The notes under the pieces were generated by a model, which saw nothing but the letters and a program-made list of their open reading frames with translations, did not search any database and was not told the DNA's origin. Shown here piece after piece: positions 28,733 through 38,036 of a stretch of DNA of 64,000 bases (position 1 is its first letter; every line of letters begins with the position of its first letter). The stretch is from assembly GCA_044506615.1 (NCBI GenBank), contig JBIQKJ010000004.1, forward strand, positions 134,383 through 198,382, given 5' to 3'. The stretch is from Chloroflexota bacterium (GTDB lineage Bacteria; Chloroflexota; Limnocylindria; Limnocylindrales; CSP1-4). The position numbers and the translations under genes are program-made.

Positions 28733-28853
28733 GCCGTTCCGCAACAGACGCCGGACGCCGCTAAGGGGTCTTCGCGAGCCTGACACGCTCCCGAGAGGGG
28801 CAGACCACGCGCTGCATCCGGCCCGGCCGGGCCGCCCGCGGTACCCTGAAGGG

Positions 28854-30497
28854 GTGATCACCGCACCACCACCGGGACGCCTCACCGACATCCTGCCGCC
28901 CGGGGCGCGGCTCTTCGTTGCCTCGAATCGGGGCCCGATCACGTTCGACTGCCCGCCGCCCTCGCGCACGCCGGACGATCTCACGGCCTCGCGCGGCTCG
29001 GGCGGGCTCGTCACCGCGCTCGCGGAGCTCGGACGCCACGCGCCGATCACGTGGGTCGCCGCGGCGACGACGGTCGGGGACCGGATGGCGAGCGCGGAGC
29101 TGCGCCGCGCCGACCGACCGCTCGAGGCGATCCCGTCGCGCCGTCGGGCGCTCGCCCGGCGCGTCCGGAGCCTCGTCGAGGAGACGCTGCCCGGCCAGGA
29201 CCTCCGCCTCGACTACGTCGACATCCCCACGGACGTCTACAGCGCGTACTACGAGGTCGTGGCGAATCCGTTCCTGTGGTTCCTGCAGCACCAGATGTAC
29301 GGCCTCCCGTACGGCCCGATCGTCGACCGACCGCTGCTCGACGCCTGGCGCACCGGCTATCGCCCGGCGAACCACGCGCTGGCCGATGCCGTGGTCGACG
29401 CGACCGAGGGAGTCGAGCGCCCGGTCGTGCTCCTCCAGGACTACCACCTGTACCTCGCCGCGCCACGCATCCGCGAGCGCCGGCCCGACGCGACGATCCT
29501 CCACTTCAACCACATCCCATGGCCGCCGGCGAGCATCTGGCAGATGCTGCCCCAGGGGATCCGCCGCGCCATCTGCGAGGGGCTGCTGGCCTGCGACATC
29601 GTCGGGCTGCAGACCGATCGCTACGCCGGGCACTTCCTGGACACCGTGGCGAGCTTCGTGCGCGACGCACGGGTCGACCGCGACGGCCGGACCATCCGCT
29701 GGCACGACCGGAGGATCCGCGTCGCCACCTATCCGATCGCCCTCGACCCGGACGGCCTGCTCCGGTTCGCCCGCTCGCCGGGGGTCGCCGAGCGGGTCGA
29801 GCGGCTGGAGCAGCGCCTCGCGCGCGCCGACAACCCGCTCGTGATCGTGCGGGCGGACCGCATCGAGCCGTCGAAGAACGCCCTGCGCGGCTTCCTCGCC
29901 TTCGAGGATCTGCTCGACCGCCGGCCGGAGCTCCGCTCGAAGGTCCGCTTCGTCGCGGTCCAGGCGCCGACCCGGACGACGATCCCGGAGTACGCCGAGT
30001 ACGCGGCCGCCGTCCGGGAGGTCGTCGCCCGGGTCAACGGCCTCGCGGAGCCGGACGACCAGCCGATCTGGATCTACGACGGCTCCGACTACGCGATGGC
30101 GATCGCGGCGCTCCGCCGCGCCGATGTCGTGCTCGTCAATCCGATCGTTGACGGCATGAACCTCGTCGCCAAGGAGGCGGTCCTCGTCGGAGAGCGGCTC
30201 CCGGTGCTCGTGCTCTCGGAGACGGCCGGCGCGGCCGAGCAGCTCGCCGCGGACGCGCTCTCGATCGCGCCGGCCGACGTGGCCGGGACCGCCGATCAGC
30301 TCGAGCGCGCGCTGGCGATGGACGTCGAGGAGCGTCGCGCCCGGCTGCGACGGCTGCGGGCCGCCGTCCGCGAGCAGGATCTCGACTGGTGGCTGCGCCG
30401 CCAGCTGCGCGACGTCGCGGCGATCCGGCGGGGCGTGGCCCCGCCGTCGCGCCGCCTGCGCGACACCGTCCGGCGCGTCGAGGCCGAGCCGGCCTAG
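28854..30497 (+). CDS. otsA: alpha,alpha-trehalose-phosphate synthase (GT20)
   Basis: 547 aa. VASNRGP, SGGLVTAL, LLQDYHLYLAAPRIR, LHFNHIPWP, VRADRIEPSKN, and the C-terminal VNPIVDGMNLVAKE. Confidence 0.85.
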   Translation: MITAPPPGRLTDILPPGARLFVASNRGPITFDCPPPSRTPDDLTASRGSGGLVTALAELGRHAPITWVAAATTVGDRMASAELRRADRPLEAIPSRRRALARRVRSLVEETLPGQDLRLDYVDIPTDVYSAYYEVVANPFLWFLQHQMYGLPYGPIVDRPLLDAWRTGYRPANHALADAVVDATEGVERPVVLLQDYHLYLAAPRIRERRPDATILHFNHIPWPPASIWQMLPQGIRRAICEGLLACDIVGLQTDRYAGHFLDTVASFVRDARVDRDGRTIRWHDRRIRVATYPIALDPDGLLRFARSPGVAERVERLEQRLARADNPLVIVRADRIEPSKNALRGFLAFEDLLDRRPELRSKVRFVAVQAPTRTTIPEYAEYAAAVREVVARVNGLAEPDDQPIWIYDGSDYAMAIAALRRADVVLVNPIVDGMNLVAKEAVLVGERLPVLVLSETAGAAEQLAADALSIAPADVAGTADQLERALAMDVEERRARLRRLRAAVREQDLDWWLRRQLRDVAAIRRGVAPPSRRLRDTVRRVEAEPA

Positions 30498-31417
30498 CCG
30501 GGGGATCCTCGAGGAGGGCTGCCCGGACCCTCCCGCTCGAGCAGGGCCGCGATCCGTGCCAGGACCCGGGCCGCGGCGGCCGGATCGGGCAGCTCGGCGT
30601 CGGCGCTCTCACGAACGTCCGGCGGCGTCTCGATGGGCGCCCGGACCGCCAGCGACAGCCCGGCCAACCGGCCCGCGGCACGCGCCTCGGCCACGACGCG
30701 GAAGGCCTCCGCGTCGCTGCGGTCGTCCCCCATCACGAGGACCGCGTCCGGGCGCTCGCGCTCGAGCAGCCGCGCGACCGTCGTGCCCTTGGCGCCCGCG
30801 CCGGACGGCCGGAACTCGATCACCTTCCGGCCGGGGAACGCCACCAGGCCGTGGTCGCCCACCTCGTCCTCGACCGCCTCGATCGCGGTCAGGAGCGCCG
30901 CGCGAGCCGCCTCGGCGTCCGGGGCCTGGCGGAAGTGGAAGGCGACGGTCGGCCCCTTGTCCTCGACGAAGAGCCAGTCCGGCTTGCCCATGCGCCGGGC
31001 GACGGCCGTGCCGAGCGCCGTCGCCCCGGGCACGTAGGCCTCGAGCGCCGGGTCGACCGCGACCCGCAGGCGCTCGGCGCGGCCGCCGCGCGGCAGCACG
31101 CCGGCTTCGATGCCGTGGTTGCCGTGGTACGCCAGCCCACCGACCCGGACGCGCCCGGCGACGTCGCCGGCGGTCCGCCCGGAGAGCACGACGATCGCGA
31201 GGCGATCCGGCCGGGCTTCCGCGAGTCGCGCGAGCCGGCGCAGCGCGCGGCGCGCCACCGGGAGAATCCGGGCGCCCATCGGCTCGAGGACGATCGGGGA
31301 GAGGGTGCCGTCGAAGTCGGAGACGACCAGGAGCCGGCCGCCGGCCGACACGAGATCGGAGACGAGCCGGTCGACGGTCGGATCGAGTCCCGGTGCTCCC
31401 CTCGCTCGAACCGTCAC
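30494..31417 (-). CDS. otsB: trehalose-phosphatase (HAD family)
   Basis: 307 aa from the GTG in a GTGA overlap. LLVVSDFDGTLSPIV (HAD motif I), VLSGR, KGT, and MGDDRSDAEAF (motif IV). Confidence 0.8.
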   Translation of the reverse strand: MTVRARGAPGLDPTVDRLVSDLVSAGGRLLVVSDFDGTLSPIVLEPMGARILPVARRALRRLARLAEARPDRLAIVVLSGRTAGDVAGRVRVGGLAYHGNHGIEAGVLPRGGRAERLRVAVDPALEAYVPGATALGTAVARRMGKPDWLFVEDKGPTVAFHFRQAPDAEAARAALLTAIEAVEDEVGDHGLVAFPGRKVIEFRPSGAGAKGTTVARLLERERPDAVLVMGDDRSDAEAFRVVAEARAAGRLAGLSLAVRAPIETPPDVRESADAELPDPAAAARVLARIAALLEREGPGSPPRGSPG

Positions 31418-31725
31418 GGCCCCGCGGCGACGGCCACGCCGACCGGCGCCGGGCCATTGCCGGGACCGTCGCCCGGATCGTCGTCGCGGCTCGCCTCGTC
31501 GCCACCGACGAACTCGCTGGGCGACGCCGCCGGAGCGCTCGGCTCGGTGCTGGGGGCCGCGCTCGGGCCGGGCGAGGGCGGCGGCGTCAGCACGATCGTC
31601 GGAGCCGGCGTCGGGCTGACGGTCGCGAGCGGCTCGGGCGCGAGGACATAGATGCCGCCGAGCAGCAGGACCGCGACCACGATCCCCGCCAGCAGCCCCG
31701 CGACGATTGCCAGGCGCGACCACAT
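31414..31725 (-). CDS. small membrane-anchored Pro/Ala/Ser/Thr-rich protein
   Basis: 103 aa with one N-terminal TM (LAIVAGLLAGIVVAVLLLGGIYVL), then a low-complexity P/T/S/A tract and an acidic tail. The stop overlaps the otsB start. Coding status is supported mainly by this coupling. Confidence 0.45.
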   Translation of the reverse strand: MWSRLAIVAGLLAGIVVAVLLLGGIYVLAPEPLATVSPTPAPTIVLTPPPSPGPSAAPSTEPSAPAASPSEFVGGDEASRDDDPGDGPGNGPAPVGVAVAAGP

Positions 31726-31793
31726 GGGCCGGAGGGTACCAGTACGGCCGGCCCACGGCGCCTCGCCGGCGTCGGCGGTACGATGCCCGACCG

Positions 31794-32516
31794 ATGGAGC
31801 CCCACGACGAGCGCCTCCGTGACCGGATCGTCCCCGCGCTGCTGACAGCGCTCGGGGTGACGTTCCTCGGCGCCGGCCTGCTCACGTGGACCGTTCCCGC
31901 CGAGGCCGGACCGCCCGTCCCGGCGACCGACCCACCGACCGTGGGCGGCGCCACCGCGACCCCGATCGCGCCCGCGATCACGCTCCCGCCGCTCGGCACG
32001 CCGGACCCGAGCGCCTCGCCGTCCGACGATGCGTTCGTCGTGGAGCCGTCCGACACGCGAGTCGCGACGCGGGTCCGGATCGCGGCGCTCGACATCGACC
32101 TGCCGGTGATCCGTCCCCGGGGCGGCAGCGACGCGTATCCGCTGTGCGACGTCGCGATGTACATCCAGGAGCTCGGCCAGCCGGGCAACGGCCGAGCGAC
32201 CTACCTCTACGCCCACGCCCGCGAGGGCATGTTCCTCCCGCTGCTCGAGACGCGGCCGCGCCGGCAGATCGGCTCGATCGTCGAGGTCTGGACGAACGAC
32301 GACCTGCGCTTCCTGTACGAGATCCGGGAGGTGCGCCGCGACCAGCGCGACCTCGACGACGCGATCGCGGCCGACACCGAGGAGCTCTGGCTCCAGACCT
32401 CGGAAGGTCCGCGCGGGACGCCGGGCAAGACCCAGGTGATCGCCTCGTTCCTGTCGGTCGAGCGGGCGGATCACGCCGAGGCGAACCCTCGGGCACGGCC
32501 GGTCGAGTGCGGGTGA
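31794..32516 (+). CDS. sortase-fold protein with Ser at the catalytic Cys position
   Basis: About 240 aa from MEPHDERL. It has an N-terminal TM, a Pro-rich linker and then a sortase-like core: RVRIAALDIDLPVI, GQPGNGRATYLYAHAREGMF, IVEVWTNDDLRFLYEI, ELWLQTSEGP (expected L.TC.P). Confidence 0.5.
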   Translation: MEPHDERLRDRIVPALLTALGVTFLGAGLLTWTVPAEAGPPVPATDPPTVGGATATPIAPAITLPPLGTPDPSASPSDDAFVVEPSDTRVATRVRIAALDIDLPVIRPRGGSDAYPLCDVAMYIQELGQPGNGRATYLYAHAREGMFLPLLETRPRRQIGSIVEVWTNDDLRFLYEIREVRRDQRDLDDAIAADTEELWLQTSEGPRGTPGKTQVIASFLSVERADHAEANPRARPVECG

Positions 32517-32547
32517 TCGGCGACCGAACGCTGCCGCGCCGCCGCCC

Positions 32548-33597
32548 CTAGATCCAGTCGATCCGGCGCAGCACGAGGACCGCGGCCACCGCCGCCGCGA
32601 GCGTGCCGCCGGTCACGAGCCAGAACCCGCCGCCTTCGCCGCCGGCAAGCGCCGCCGACGCCTCGCTCATGCCGAAGATGCCCGCGATCGCGCCGATCCC
32701 CGCGAGGATCACGGTCACGCCGGTCAGTCGCTTCATGATCACCGACAGGTTGTTGTTGACCTGGGTGAGGTACACGTCGAGCGTGGACGCGGCGAGCTCG
32801 CGGTAGTTGTCGAGCTCGTCGGTGAGCCGGATCGCGTGGTCGTACACGTCCCGGAAGTACACCAGCTCGCCGGGATCGATCTGGGGGATGTCGCGGTTCG
32901 TGAGCTGGTTGAACACCTCGCGCATCGGGCTCGTCGAGCGGCGGACCTCGTGGAGCTCGCGCTTGAGCGCGAAGAGCCGCTCGAGGACGTCCGGGCTCGA
33001 GCGCCGGACGATGTCGTCCTGGATCGCATCGAGCGCGTCGCCGAGCTGATCGGCAAACGGGAACGACGCGTCGACGATGTCGTCGCACAGCGCCCAGAGG
33101 AGATGATCGGGACCGCGCCCGAGGATCGCGGGAAGCCCGCCGCGCAGGTGGTGGACCTCGGTCGGGTCCCATGCCCGGTCGTGGACGGTCAGCAGGAAGC
33201 CCCGCCCGAGGACGAGGTCGATCTCGGTCGAGCGGACGTGCCCGTCGAAGTCCAGCCGGAAGAGGACGACGTGGACGAACCCGTTCGTCAGCTCGAGCTT
33301 CGGTCGCTGGTTGCCTTCGAGCACGTCCTCGACGATCAGCGGGTGGAGCCCGAGGGCGGCCCCCGCCGCCGTGACCTGCGCGGCCGATGGCGACGCGAGA
33401 TCGAGCCAGACCGCAGGCGCCGGACCCGCCAGCAGCTCGCCGATCCGGCGGAGCGCACCGTCCCCCTCCGCCTCGCGGGTGGCCCCGCCGTCGAGCCACG
33501 CCAGACGGACCGATCCCTCCCCCGGCGACGTCGGGACGCGGTGACGGCGGCCGGCGGGCCGCTTCGCATGATCAGAGCGCGACGCCGACCTCTCCAT
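32548..33597 (-). CDS. corA: CorA-family divalent cation transporter (GMS variant of the GMN motif)
   Basis: 349 aa from ATG at 33597. Cytoplasmic domain plus two C-terminal TMs, with IAGIFGMSEA where canonical CorA has YGMNF. The start overlaps the end of the upstream MFS gene by 26 nt. Confidence 0.75.
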   Translation of the reverse strand: MERSASRSDHAKRPAGRRHRVPTSPGEGSVRLAWLDGGATREAEGDGALRRIGELLAGPAPAVWLDLASPSAAQVTAAGAALGLHPLIVEDVLEGNQRPKLELTNGFVHVVLFRLDFDGHVRSTEIDLVLGRGFLLTVHDRAWDPTEVHHLRGGLPAILGRGPDHLLWALCDDIVDASFPFADQLGDALDAIQDDIVRRSSPDVLERLFALKRELHEVRRSTSPMREVFNQLTNRDIPQIDPGELVYFRDVYDHAIRLTDELDNYRELAASTLDVYLTQVNNNLSVIMKRLTGVTVILAGIGAIAGIFGMSEASAALAGGEGGGFWLVTGGTLAAAVAAVLVLRRIDWI

Positions 33598-35209
33598 CCT
33601 CCACCTCGACAGCTCGCCGCTGGCCTCCGCGGCTCGGACCGCTCGACAGCGCGAGCCCGGGCGGGATCGCGACGATCGTGAGGCCTGCCGCGACGACGAA
33701 CAGGCCGACCATGATCGCGGCCGCCTCGCGCGATGCCCAGTCCTCGAGCGCCTCGACGACGAACGGATCGCGCAGCGGCCGGTCCCGGAGCGCCTCCGGG
33801 AGGACCTCACGGTACGCCTCCGGTGTCGCGTAGATCTGCTGGGACAGCCGGTCGATCGTCGTGGAGCCGTAGGCCGTCAGGATCGCGAGCCCGATCGCCA
33901 TGCCGATCATGCGCGCGACCGTCACGACCGCCGACGCGACACCGAAGGCGCGGCGGCCGGCGGCCTCCACGGCCGCAGTCGACCGTGGCGTGACGGTCAA
34001 CCCGAACCCCAGCCCGTAGACACCGAGACCCGCCGCCACGGCCTCGATGGAGATGCCGCTGTCCCACCGGGACATCGCGAGCAGCCCCCCGACGCTCAGC
34101 GCGAGCCCGATCAGCGTCACGAGCCGGAGCGACAGCACTCGGACGGCGAAGCCAGAGACGAGCGCACCGATTGCTGTCGCGCCGGCGAGCGAGCCGAGCG
34201 CCAGCCGCTGCTCGTCGGGGCCGCCGTAGAGGACCCGGTCGACGAACACCGCCCCACCGATGATCGCGGTGGCGAACGCATAGCCGGTCAGCAGCGACAC
34301 GAGCGCCGCCGAGCTGAACGAGACGCTCCGGAACAGCCGCACATCGAGGAACGGGTGATCGGCCCGCAGGTCGCGAGCGACCGTGAGCAGCGTCGCGATG
34401 ACGGCCACCAGGAACAGGCCGAGCGTGAGCGTCGCGGGCTCGACGCCGGGGAGTGCGACCTCGGTCGAGCCGATCAGCGTCAGGCCGACGAGCGCCGTGC
34501 CGAGCGCGAGCGTGAACAGGGCCGCCCCGGGAAGGTCCACGCGGCCCGGCCGGTGCGGGGTCTCCCATCCGCTCGACGCCGCCCAACCGAGCACGAGCGC
34601 CGCGATCCCGATCGGGACGTTCACGTAGAAGACCCAGCGCCAGGCGGGTGCGATGACGCCGCCGAGCCCCTCGTCGAGCCCGAGGCGGACCACGGCTGCC
34701 TCCGGGTGCAGCCCACCGAGGATCGCCGCGCCGGCGAACGGCCCGGCCGCCATGCCGAGGAACGTCAGCGCCCCGATGACGCCGAGCGCGCGGGGCCGAT
34801 CGTGCCCCTCGAACAGGTGGGACGCGGCGGCCGTGGCGACCGGGACGAGGACCCCGCCGCCGGCCGCCTGGACCAGCCGCGCGGCAATCAGGCCGTCGAG
34901 GTCCCCGGCAGCGCCCGCCAGCAGCGACCCGACGATGAACACCGCGAGCGCCCCGAGGAACAGCCGGCGCGCTCCCCACAGGTCGGCGAGCCGGCCCGCG
35001 AGCGGCATCGTCACGACGTACACGAGCAGGTACCCGTTGACGATCCAGCTCGCCTTGCGCAGCTCGATCCAGGCCGTCCCGCCGGTCGGGCTGACCAGGT
35101 CGACCAGGATCGACGGCAGCGCCACGGCCGTGATCATCAGCTCCAGGCCGGCCAGGAAGACGCCGGTCCCGAACACGACGAGGAGCACGAGCGCCGAACC
35201 GCGGGCCAT
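33572..35209 (-). CDS. MFS transporter, 14-TM drug:H+ antiporter (DHA2/EmrB-like)
   Basis: 545 aa from MARGSALVLL. LELMITAVALPSI, GRLADLWGARR (motif A-like), and about 14 hydrophobic segments. Confidence 0.8.
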   Translation of the reverse strand: MARGSALVLLVVFGTGVFLAGLELMITAVALPSILVDLVSPTGGTAWIELRKASWIVNGYLLVYVVTMPLAGRLADLWGARRLFLGALAVFIVGSLLAGAAGDLDGLIAARLVQAAGGGVLVPVATAAASHLFEGHDRPRALGVIGALTFLGMAAGPFAGAAILGGLHPEAAVVRLGLDEGLGGVIAPAWRWVFYVNVPIGIAALVLGWAASSGWETPHRPGRVDLPGAALFTLALGTALVGLTLIGSTEVALPGVEPATLTLGLFLVAVIATLLTVARDLRADHPFLDVRLFRSVSFSSAALVSLLTGYAFATAIIGGAVFVDRVLYGGPDEQRLALGSLAGATAIGALVSGFAVRVLSLRLVTLIGLALSVGGLLAMSRWDSGISIEAVAAGLGVYGLGFGLTVTPRSTAAVEAAGRRAFGVASAVVTVARMIGMAIGLAILTAYGSTTIDRLSQQIYATPEAYREVLPEALRDRPLRDPFVVEALEDWASREAAAIMVGLFVVAAGLTIVAIPPGLALSSGPSRGGQRRAVEVEDGEVGVAL

Positions 35210-35347
35210 CCCGCGGAGTGTACCGGCGCGCCGCCGATCGGCCCGTCCAGAACGGACCCGATGGCCGTGGCGTGAGCGACCCACCGGACCTCACGCTCAC
35301 GATCGGGCGTCCCGGCGCCGGCACGGCCGGCTCGGAGGATGCGGCAC

Positions 35348-36292
35348 ATGACGCTGGTGATCGACGACCTCGCGAAGCGCTTCGGGCAGGTCCAGGCGCT
35401 CGACGGCGTGACGTTCCAGGTGCGCCCGGGCCAGGTGTTCGGGTTCCTCGGCGCCAACGGCGCCGGCAAGACGACGACGATGCGGATCGTGCTCGGATTC
35501 CTCGAGCCCGACCGCGGCTCGGTGACCTGGCGCGACCGACCGGCCGCGTCGTGGCCGCGGGTGACGTGGGGCTACATGCCCGAGGAGCGCGGCCTGTACG
35601 GCCGGATGCCGGTGCTCGAGCAGCTCGTGTACTTCGCGTCGCTGTACGGGGTGCCGCGAGCGAAGGCCCGGCGGGATGCGCTCGACTGGCTCGCCCGCTT
35701 CCGGATCGCCGAGTACGCCGACCGCCGGGCGGAGAGTCTCTCGAAGGGCAACCAGCAGAAGGTCCAGTACATCGCGACGGTCCTGCACGACCCGGACGTG
35801 CTGCTCATGGACGAGCCGTTCTCCGGGCTCGACCCGGTCAACGTCGCCCTCCTGAAGGCCGCCTTCCTCGAGATGCGCGACCGCGGCAAGACCCTCGTGT
35901 TCAGCACGCACCAGCTCGAGCAGGCGGAGGAGCTGTGCGACGGCGTGGCGATCATCGACCGCGGCCGGATCGTGACCGCCGGTCCGACCCGGGACGTCAA
36001 GCGCTCGACCGGCCACCAGGTGGTCCGCGTCGCGACGGCCGGGAATGGCGATCTCGCCTGGCTGCGCTCGCTGCCGCAGGTGACGGTCACCCGAGCTGGC
36101 CGGGACTACACCGAGCTCCACGTCGACGACGGCGCCGACCCGCAGTCGGTGCTGCGGGCGGCGATCGAGCGGGGCGAGGTGCTGCGGTTCGAGGTCGCCG
36201 ACCCGTCGCTCGAGGAGGTCTTCGTCGAGCGGGTCGGTGCGCTCGACGCCGACGAGCGCACGCTGGCGGCGGCACGGGAGGATCGGTCATGA
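35348..36292 (+). CDS. ABC transporter ATP-binding protein (ABC-2/NatA-like)
   Basis: Walker A GANGAGKTT, signature LSKGNQQKV, Walker B LLMDEPFSGLD. ATG at 35348 lies 9 nt after GGAGG (35334-38). An in-frame ATG at 35339 is too close to that SD. Confidence 0.85.
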   Translation: MTLVIDDLAKRFGQVQALDGVTFQVRPGQVFGFLGANGAGKTTTMRIVLGFLEPDRGSVTWRDRPAASWPRVTWGYMPEERGLYGRMPVLEQLVYFASLYGVPRAKARRDALDWLARFRIAEYADRRAESLSKGNQQKVQYIATVLHDPDVLLMDEPFSGLDPVNVALLKAAFLEMRDRGKTLVFSTHQLEQAEELCDGVAIIDRGRIVTAGPTRDVKRSTGHQVVRVATAGNGDLAWLRSLPQVTVTRAGRDYTELHVDDGADPQSVLRAAIERGEVLRFEVADPSLEEVFVERVGALDADERTLAAAREDRS

Positions 36293-37611
36293 CCACGTGG
36301 CACAACATCGTGTCGGTCGCACGCCGCGAGCTGCTCGTCCGGATCCGCACCCGAAGCTACATCGCCGGCACGCTCCTGCTCGTTGCCGGGGTGCTCGCGA
36401 TCGCGCTGCTCCCCGTGATCGTGCGCGTGGTCGAGGGCGTGAGCACCAACCGCATCGCGGTGGTCGCCCCGAGCCCGACCATCGGCGAGCGGGCCTCGAT
36501 GACGATCACGAGCCTGCTCAACACGTCGGTCGTCGGGACCGCGGATCCCGAGACGCCGGACTTCGTCGTGACGATCGTCCCCGACCTCGACGAGGCGCGC
36601 TCGGGCGTGCTCGACGGCACGTACGGCGCCGTGCTCGGGATCGAGCGCACCGCCGGGGACGAGCTGTCGTTCACGCTCTACACGAACGAGTCCGCGACGG
36701 GTCGCACGGCCGGCCTCATCCAGCAGGGTGCGAACGCGATCGCGATCGGCGACCGGCTCGACCGCCTGGGGGTGGCGCCCGGCGAGCAGGCGACGCTCTT
36801 CACGCCGGCCGAGTTCGGCGTCCGGTGGCCCGACCCTGCCCGGACCGACCGCATCTCGACCACGACCGCCGGCACGATCAGCCAGGACATGCTCGGCTTC
36901 GGCATGACGATCCTGATCTTCATGATCATCCTCATGTACGGCAACTGGATCGCGATGAGCGTGGTCGAGGAGAAGTCCTCGCGCGTCATGGAGGTGGTGC
37001 TCAACGCCGCGACGCCGTTCCAGCTGCTGACCGGCAAGGTCCTCGGCGTCGGCGCGGCCGCGTTCCTCCAGTACGCGGCGATCGTCGGCGCGGGCCTGAT
37101 CGCGGTCGTCGGCCAGGGCGCGGTCGCCTCGCTGGTGCTCGACGATCCGGCGGCGGTCGTGGCTGTCCCCAACGGGCTGACGCCGGGCCTCCTGCTGCTC
37201 TTCGGCGTCTACGGCGTGCTCGGGTTCCTGCTGTACGCCTCGCTGTTCGCCGCAGCCGGGTCCCTCGTGAGCCGGCTCGAGGACGTCAACGCGGCCGTGA
37301 TGCCGCTCACGCTTGCCTCGACCGGGGGCTACCTGGTCGGCGTGTATGCCGCGATGGGGCTGCTCGACATCCGATCGGGCTGGATCGGGGCGCTGACCCA
37401 GGTGCCGTTCCTGAGCCCGTTCATGATCCTGGGCCGGATCACGACCGGCGTCGCCGAGCCATGGGAGATCGTCCTGTCGATCGTGCTCCTCGCGGCAGCC
37501 GTCGCGGCCGCGCTGTGGGTCGCCGCTCGGATCTACCGCGCGGGCGTGCTGCTGTACGGGCAGCGGCCCGGGATCCGGGCGGTCTTCCGGCTCGTCCGGG
37601 CGGGTATCTGA
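36289..37611 (+). CDS. ABC-2 family transporter permease (NatB-like, with a large extracytoplasmic loop)
   Basis: 440 aa with an ATGA overlap to the ATPase. One N-terminal TM, an approximately 170-aa loop, then 5 TM segments. Confidence 0.75.
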   Translation: MTTWHNIVSVARRELLVRIRTRSYIAGTLLLVAGVLAIALLPVIVRVVEGVSTNRIAVVAPSPTIGERASMTITSLLNTSVVGTADPETPDFVVTIVPDLDEARSGVLDGTYGAVLGIERTAGDELSFTLYTNESATGRTAGLIQQGANAIAIGDRLDRLGVAPGEQATLFTPAEFGVRWPDPARTDRISTTTAGTISQDMLGFGMTILIFMIILMYGNWIAMSVVEEKSSRVMEVVLNAATPFQLLTGKVLGVGAAAFLQYAAIVGAGLIAVVGQGAVASLVLDDPAAVVAVPNGLTPGLLLLFGVYGVLGFLLYASLFAAAGSLVSRLEDVNAAVMPLTLASTGGYLVGVYAAMGLLDIRSGWIGALTQVPFLSPFMILGRITTGVAEPWEIVLSIVLLAAAVAAALWVAARIYRAGVLLYGQRPGIRAVFRLVRAGI

Positions 37612-37724
37612 GGGTCGATCGCGAACCCGTCGGTCACGCCGAAGCGGGTCACGTACGACCCGGGTTCCGTCGCCTACGCGCCCCGTGCGTGGTATCCGCC
37701 CGCCAGAGGCGGGTTCCGGTCACC

Positions 37725-37741
37725 TACGCACGGCGTGCGTA
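37725..37741. promoter_or_regulatory. perfect 17-bp palindrome TACGCACGGCGTGCGTA within a pair of about 31-bp imperfect direct repeats
   Basis: Read directly from the sequence. The repeat units CGGGTTCCG-TCGCCTACGCGCCCCGTGCGT (about 37660-37690) and CGGGTTCCGGTCACCTACGCACGGCGTGCGT (about 37710-37740) lie in a 330-nt non-coding gap. Confidence 0.4.
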
Positions 37742-37906
37742 CTTGGCGCCGATCCACGCTCGACGCCGGGGCGAGGGTCGCCGAACCCGTGGATAGCACG
37801 CGCCCCACGCGTAGGTGCGAGAAAGACGGCGGCCGAGAAAGGGCGGCGCCCCGGCCGGCGCCACGGTCCCGGTGCAGACGTGGTGGGCGCACGAACCCCA
37901 GGGGGC

Positions 37907-37936
37907 TTGACGACCCGTTTCGCATCAATGTAGGTT
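37907..37936 (+). promoter_or_regulatory. candidate sigma-A type promoter for the ArsR/PI operon (-35 TTGACG, 18-nt spacer, -10 TAGGTT)
   Basis: The only AT-richer patch in the gap (cttgacgacccgtttcgcatcaatgtaggttgatataaacc). The predicted TSS is around 37943-37950, next to TTG 37951 and ATG 37954. Confidence 0.4.
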
Positions 37937-38036
37937 GATATAAACCGCCGTTGATGCGACGGCGCGGCATGCCCCACGCACCAGCACACCAGAGGCACAC
38001 ACCCTGTCCCCCTCCCCCGCCCGCGTCCGCAGCACG

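Noticed and set aside
15105-29050. Series of long minus-strand ORFs antisense to the nuo operon (15105..16856, 20005..22653, 23533..25503, 25527..26969, 26897..29050)
   Set aside because: All are Asp/Arg/Glu/Gly/Pro-rich mirror translations of GC3-rich membrane-protein genes. None has motifs or a hydrophobic pattern.
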